This document shows positions 7,953 to 11,556 of a stretch of DNA of 11,556 nt, in pieces. The DNA is from Candidatus Heimdallarchaeota archaeon (GTDB lineage Archaea; Asgardarchaeota; Heimdallarchaeia; Hodarchaeales; Hodarchaeaceae): assembly GCA_020353515.1 (NCBI GenBank), contig CP070695.1, forward strand, positions 212,948 through 224,503, given 5' to 3'. The position numbers and the translations under genes were made by a program. Within the stretch, counting starts at the first letter, position 1. Each line of letters opens with the position of its first letter. The notes below the pieces were generated by a model. That model saw only the letters and a program-made list of their open reading frames with translations, had not been told where the DNA came from and searched no databases.

Positions 7953-8600
7953 CTACACCGATTCACCCATGAGTCGAAATGAAAGACGGAAAAGGTTTCC
8001 AGGAGTCGCACCAGGAGCCACAGCTTGGTCATTTATCCAAAATCGAAATGTAATATATTCTATATCCCCAGCTACCATTGATGATAGTCCAGCGTCTGAC
8101 TGTCCAAAATCTGTTTTAAACCCATTGGTATGAGGTGAAGGTAAAGGATTCATACCTCCGTCATAAGGAGCCCAGTCGGTGGATGTCATACCCAAGTTAC
8201 TGTAGGAGAGTACGCCAGCCAAACCATCTCCATTGGCCCATTCAGTACCCATATCATTTGCGTCCTGCATACCGGCAGGGTCATCGGTTTGTATTACAAT
8301 TTCTATATAGAGATCCCATTCGCCGGCAACTCCAGAATCAGCCTCTATTTCCAGTACGACATAATACCAAGTTAAATAATTAACATAACCTGGTGAACCA
8401 TGTGGAATATCTGTATCAAACGCTAAGGTGAAAAGGCCAAGTCCTGTCACTGCAATATCATCTTGTTCGGTTGTAGCTGGATTGGAATCTAGTCTTGTCC
8501 ATTTTAAAACCTCAATAACCGTGCCTACTGCCATTGTAGAACCCACCAGTATTACAGCTATTAGAGGAATTATTCTCTTTAATTTATTCATTTTTTTCAC
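7953..8600 (-). CDS. Secreted beta-rich protein without C-terminal anchor; possible TasA/camelysin-like filament subunit
   Basis: 215-aa ORF (GTG). ATG 8591 (212 aa) is the more likely start, with SD-like GAAGTG just upstream. Signal peptide MNKLKRIIPLIAVILVGSTMAVG. Alternating beta-strand patterns and a C-terminal LSSMVAGDIEYITFRFWINDQA...GNLFRLSFRLMGE. The CDS itself is confident; the family call is tentative. Confidence 0.85.
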   Translation of the reverse strand: MKKMNKLKRIIPLIAVILVGSTMAVGTVIEVLKWTRLDSNPATTEQDDIAVTGLGLFTLAFDTDIPHGSPGYVNYLTWYYVVLEIEADSGVAGEWDLYIEIVIQTDDPAGMQDANDMGTEWANGDGLAGVLSYSNLGMTSTDWAPYDGGMNPLPSPHTNGFKTDFGQSDAGLSSMVAGDIEYITFRFWINDQAVAPGATPGNLFRLSFRLMGESV

Positions 8601-8702
8601 TTCTTTTTACTTTATTTTCTTTGCCTCTTTATCTCTTATCAGACCAAAATAGCTAAATTACCAATCTGTATGGTGAAATAATTAAATTTAGCTGCATTGG
8701 GC

Positions 8703-8738
8703 TTCTATAAAGTTTAAAAACAGTATTTCAGTACTGTT
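8703..8738 (-). promoter_or_regulatory. Putative promoter of the 215-aa gene: TATA-like TTTTTAAACTTTATA with adjacent palindrome AACAGTA-N6-TACTGTT
   Basis: Perfect 7-bp inverted repeat (8719-8725/8732-8738) directly upstream of TTTAAA/TTTATA boxes on the minus strand, ~110-130 nt before the start codon. Confidence 0.45.
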
Positions 8739-9165
8739 GTACACTCCTGAATATGCTGATGTTGCATCTCCCGCTCTCTGTTTACTACGTAAGGAGTTTT
8801 ATTCTCGAGATCGAGGAATATTTATCCAAACCATTTTTGTTGTTGAGGCTATCGTATTCTGAATCGGGAATTCAGCATGTAACGATTCTCAGTGTTCTTT
8901 TCGTTATCCTTTTGTTTTTAAACAATGGAATCAAAATCATTCCAATCACTTATAAGTTTTTCTACAAATATAAATCTATGCAGCTATAGACATACATTTA
9001 ATTTATTTAACACTAGTTATTGGTAAGCTTACGTCTTAAGCACATCATATTATAAAAACGTTACTAGTCCATGTCTCAATTGAGAAATAAAATATCACAA
9101 TAAAGTTCTTAAAATTGATTGTTCTTTTATGATTACTCTTTTGGAATGATTCCCTATTGAATAAA

Positions 9166-9600
9166 CTACAAAAATCCCCTTTGGATAATCAATAACTCAT
9201 TTATTATTTGAAGAACACTATTTTCTAATTGGCGGATATTTTCTCAGGTAAAAGGCCTTTCTATAAACAAATTATTATTGAAAAAATAACTAAATCAGAT
9301 TTCTTTTGAAATCAGGAGTAGTTTGTGACTAGAGTGGTATCTACATCGCTTGTGAATGATGAATCCACTTAATGTTCCTTTGCTTAGAATTGTTAAAATT
9401 ATCAAGAAGGTTTCACTTCCATTACCATTAATTAGAGGTACCTTTATCACTTTCCCTTCTTACCCTATTAGATCTAGGATATCCGTAAAATTAGTATTGT
9501 GTTTTCAACAACACTCACTTTCACTAATTTAAGAAGAAATCCCTCAAGGTATATCGCTAATGCTATATCTATTATCCTAAAAACTCACCCGTCTCCAACA
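9166..9600 (-). pseudogene. Decayed tandem paralog of the 3' end (last Ig repeat, TM anchor, cytoplasmic tail) of the adjacent 9628-11556 gene
   Basis: Collinear matches in manual translation (relic vs intact): IIDIALAIYLEGF vs IDDTAIIVNIEGL; VKVSVVEN vs VIVNVVDT; TNFTD vs TNSTD; GNGSETFLIILTILSKGTLSGFIIHK vs GEGTGTWLIPALLVSSTGAFAGIFIFK; FIERPFT*ENIRQLENSVLQIINEL vs FLEETGINKQLQNLEQRVAKLRGNL. Identical nt blocks at equivalent positions: 9538-9547=10046-10055 and 9314-9324=9754-9764. It carries in-frame stops, frameshifts and a deletion. Confidence 0.75.
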
Positions 9601-9614
9601 TTAATGGAGAACGG
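9579..9614 (-). terminator. Hairpin + T5 just after the stop of the Ig-repeat gene
   Basis: Minus strand CCGTTCTCCA-TTAATGT-TGGAGACGG followed by GTGAGTTTTT. It overlaps the start of the pseudogene relic, so it may be fortuitous. Confidence 0.3.
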
Positions 9615-9627
9615 TCTTGCGTATTAA

Positions 9628-11556
9628 TTAATATTCAAGATTTCCTCTTAATTTTGCAACTCTTTGTTCTAAATTCTGGAGTTGTTTATTAATTCCCGTT
9701 TCCTCAAGGAACTGTACAGTCGAATCAGTTGATCGAAACAATCCCTCAATAGTAGGAGTAGTTTTATGATGATTATTTTTATTCTTAAACCACTTGAAAA
9801 TGAAAATCCCTGCGAATGCTCCAGTGCTTGATACTAACAAAGCTGGTATCAACCAAGTACCTGTACCCTCACCTTCACTCAAAGATTCATCCCTATTCCC
9901 TATTTCTCCTTTTTCGTAAAAATTATCTGTTGAATTAGTGAAAGAAGGCGCTGCAGTATCAACAACGTTTACTATAACTGTGTCAATAGCTGAATTATTA
10001 TACGAATCTCTAACTGTAAGATTATAAAAATACACTCCAGTTGATAATCCCTCAATGTTAACTATTATAGCTGTATCATCTATCCATACTCCAGTCTCTA
10101 TTTCTGTTTCATTCCTATAGACACTATAGGTATCAGGATTCGTATCACTAACTGTCCAGCTGATTTTACATCCTATTTCTCCTTCCTCATAGGTAATATC
10201 TGATGGACTTATTACTTCCGGTGCTGAAGTATCAGGAACTACGGTCACAAGGACTGTATCATTAACCGTATATCCAACAGAATTACAAACTGAAAGCTTA
10301 AAATCATATACACCAATTGAAAGGCCGTCTACACCAAAAACTACCGTTAGTTTAGATATCCACTCCCCAGTTTCAATTTCTTTTCCATTCTGATAGATGA
10401 TATAACTATCAGGGTTCGAACCTATGACAGTCCAGTAGATCATGTTCCCTGTCGCTCCTTCCTCATAGGTGATATCATTAGAACTTGTTAAACTAGGTAC
10501 CATAGCAATATCAATGACTGTAACTACTACTGTGTCAAAAACCAAATTCTCGTATGTATCCTCAACAATGAGTGTATAGCTATAAGATCCAGATGATAGC
10601 CCATCTATGCTTATTTGAATCGGGTTCCCAGATATCCACGACCCTTTTTCGAACCTTAAACCATCTTTATAGATAAAATAGTTATCAGGATCAGAATCAA
10701 TGGCAACCCAACTGATATTATACCCTGTCGACCCTTCTATGTATGAAATATCTTCAGGACTCGTTAAAGTAGGAGCCATGGTGATATCAACTGTAACCAT
10801 TACTGTGTCGTTAATTGAGTTCCCATCTGAATCCTCAACAATGAGTGTAAAGTTATAGAATCCAACCGTTAGCCCATCTATGCTTATTTGAATCGGGTTC
10901 CCAGATATCCACGACCCTATTTCGATATTTCCGCCGTTTTTGTAGATAGTATAGTTGTCAGGATCAGAATCAATGACTGTCCAGCTTAGAGTGTGTCCTA
11001 CAGTCCCCTCAATATAAGTGATATCACTGGGAGTGGCAGAAAACACTGGGTAACTATCGTCAATAACCGTGCATAGCCAGTCAATAGTATTCCAGGCAAG
11101 AATCTCGTTGTCGCTATCATAGTAATCAAGATCTCCATCATTATCAGCATCATACGCACTATCCCATAAATTAGAATCTCCGAGAATGCATATTTTTCCC
11201 GTACCAATAGAACCACCCTCAATGACACTCATCACAGAAACAGCGTTAGCAATTGTTCCGTCATCCCATTTGGCTGTCCCATCACTATCAGTAATAATGA
11301 TAGGAATATCATTGATTGGTGCAGCAATTAAGCCATCTCCTGCATACATCTCAACACGAGAAACACCATCTGTAATAGGATGAGAGAGGAGGTTTGTATC
11401 ATCATAACTTATACGAAAATCATATCCTGTCATTACACTGTCATCAGAATCGTTTAATTTGTTGTTTGCAAAATCATATCCGAATAGAGACGCTAAGAGA
11501 TCCATTTGTGTCCCATATTGTTCCCAATCTGAAATCAATAATAAACTACCCCCATT
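9628..11556 (-). CDS. 5'-truncated membrane-anchored surface protein: GldG/DUF4350 (class I GATase-like/GIFT) domain, four Ig-like repeats plus a truncated fifth, TM helix, ~55-aa cytoplasmic tail
   Basis: The frame is open to the window edge (NGGSLLLISDWEQYG...), so TTG 11538 is probably not the true start. GGSLLLISD, HPITDGV, GKICILGDSNLW and DNEILAWNTIDWL are hallmark motifs of DUF4350/GldG-like domains. DADNDGD is a Ca-binding-like motif. TM WLIPALLVSSTGAFAGIFIF (9855-9796) is followed by KWFKNK. Confidence 0.9.
   Translation of the reverse strand, partial: NGGSLLLISDWEQYGTQMDLLASLFGYDFANNKLNDSDDSVMTGYDFRISYDDTNLLSHPITDGVSRVEMYAGDGLIAAPINDIPIIITDSDGTAKWDDGTIANAVSVMSVIEGGSIGTGKICILGDSNLWDSAYDADNDGDLDYYDSDNEILAWNTIDWLCTVIDDSYPVFSATPSDITYIEGTVGHTLSWTVIDSDPDNYTIYKNGGNIEIGSWISGNPIQISIDGLTVGFYNFTLIVEDSDGNSINDTVMVTVDITMAPTLTSPEDISYIEGSTGYNISWVAIDSDPDNYFIYKDGLRFEKGSWISGNPIQISIDGLSSGSYSYTLIVEDTYENLVFDTVVVTVIDIAMVPSLTSSNDITYEEGATGNMIYWTVIGSNPDSYIIYQNGKEIETGEWISKLTVVFGVDGLSIGVYDFKLSVCNSVGYTVNDTVLVTVVPDTSAPEVISPSDITYEEGEIGCKISWTVSDTNPDTYSVYRNETEIETGVWIDDTAIIVNIEGLSTGVYFYNLTVRDSYNNSAIDTVIVNVVDTAAPSFTNSTDNFYEKGEIGNRDESLSEGEGTGTWLIPALLVSSTGAFAGIFIFKWFKNKNNHHKTTPTIEGLFRSTDSTVQFLEETGINKQLQNLEQRVAKLRGNLEY
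9895..11061 (-). repeat. Tandem ~91-93-aa Ig-like repeats (4 complete + 22-aa stub)
   Basis: Consensus P-x-x-x-x-P-x-DITYxEGxxGxxIxWxxxDxxPDxYxIYxNG...GxW...IDGLxxGxYxxTLxVxD...DTVxVTV. Repeats 1 and 2 are offset by 273 nt and share a 49-nt identical block (10597-10645 = 10870-10918). Confidence 0.92.

Noticed and set aside
6813-8652. Plus-strand ORFs of 63-87 aa opposite the 510-aa and 215-aa genes
   Set aside because: Antisense shadows, several Ser-rich, mirroring acidic codons on the coding strand.
8753-8989. 78-aa plus-strand ORF with a hydrophobic stretch (VTILSVLFVILLFL)
   Set aside because: No SD or recognisable motif, and its composition is what T-rich DNA gives by chance. It cannot be excluded as a small membrane protein without homology or ribosome-profiling data.
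9074-9085. Perfect 12-bp palindrome TCTCAATTGAGA (similar: ATTCTC-TT-GAGAAT 348-361, CTGAAT-N5-ATTCAG 8859-8875)
   Set aside because: Isolated short palindromes in AT-rich DNA with no consistent spacing or promoter position; insufficient support.
9166-9600. Stop-codon readthrough or alternative genetic code making the relic a live gene
   Set aside because: It contains both TAA and TGA stops plus frameshifts and a deletion; the neighbouring long genes read normally in the standard code.
10558-10975. Diversity-generating retroelement TR/VR pair
   Set aside because: Mismatches between the repeats are not adenine-specific, both copies are in-frame coding domains, and no reverse transcriptase is in the window.
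10998-11383. Short ORFs 10998-11228 (-) and 11186-11383 (+)
   Set aside because: Out-of-frame or antisense overlaps of the GldG-like/Ig-repeat gene.

Overview
AT-rich, gene-sparse cluster made entirely of predicted secreted or cell-surface proteins. It most likely comes from an Asgard archaeon (Heimdall-/Hodarchaeota-like). That is inferred from a TM + longin-like cytoplasmic domain, a PGF-CTERM-like anchor, dense N-x-S/T sequons and the Ig-like repeat types; no marker gene is present. Left to right: (1) the N-terminus of a signal-peptide protein on the minus strand, cut by the left edge and missing from the ORF track; (2) a divergent intergenic region with an exact 20-bp quasi-palindromic direct repeat; (3) a 1741-aa single-pass receptor-like protein (Asp-box beta-propeller, ~10 beta-sandwich domains, TM helix, cytoplasmic longin-like + winged-helix-like module); (4) a convergent 510-aa acidic surface protein with an SGF-TM-RRRRR sorting signal; (5) a ~212-aa unanchored secreted protein resembling TasA/bundling-pilus subunits; (6) an unannotated, decayed tandem copy of the 3' end of the next gene; (7) a 5'-truncated GldG/DUF4350-like + Ig-repeat membrane protein. 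I found no rRNA, tRNA, CRISPR array or transposase. All domain calls come from reading motifs by eye, not from searches.
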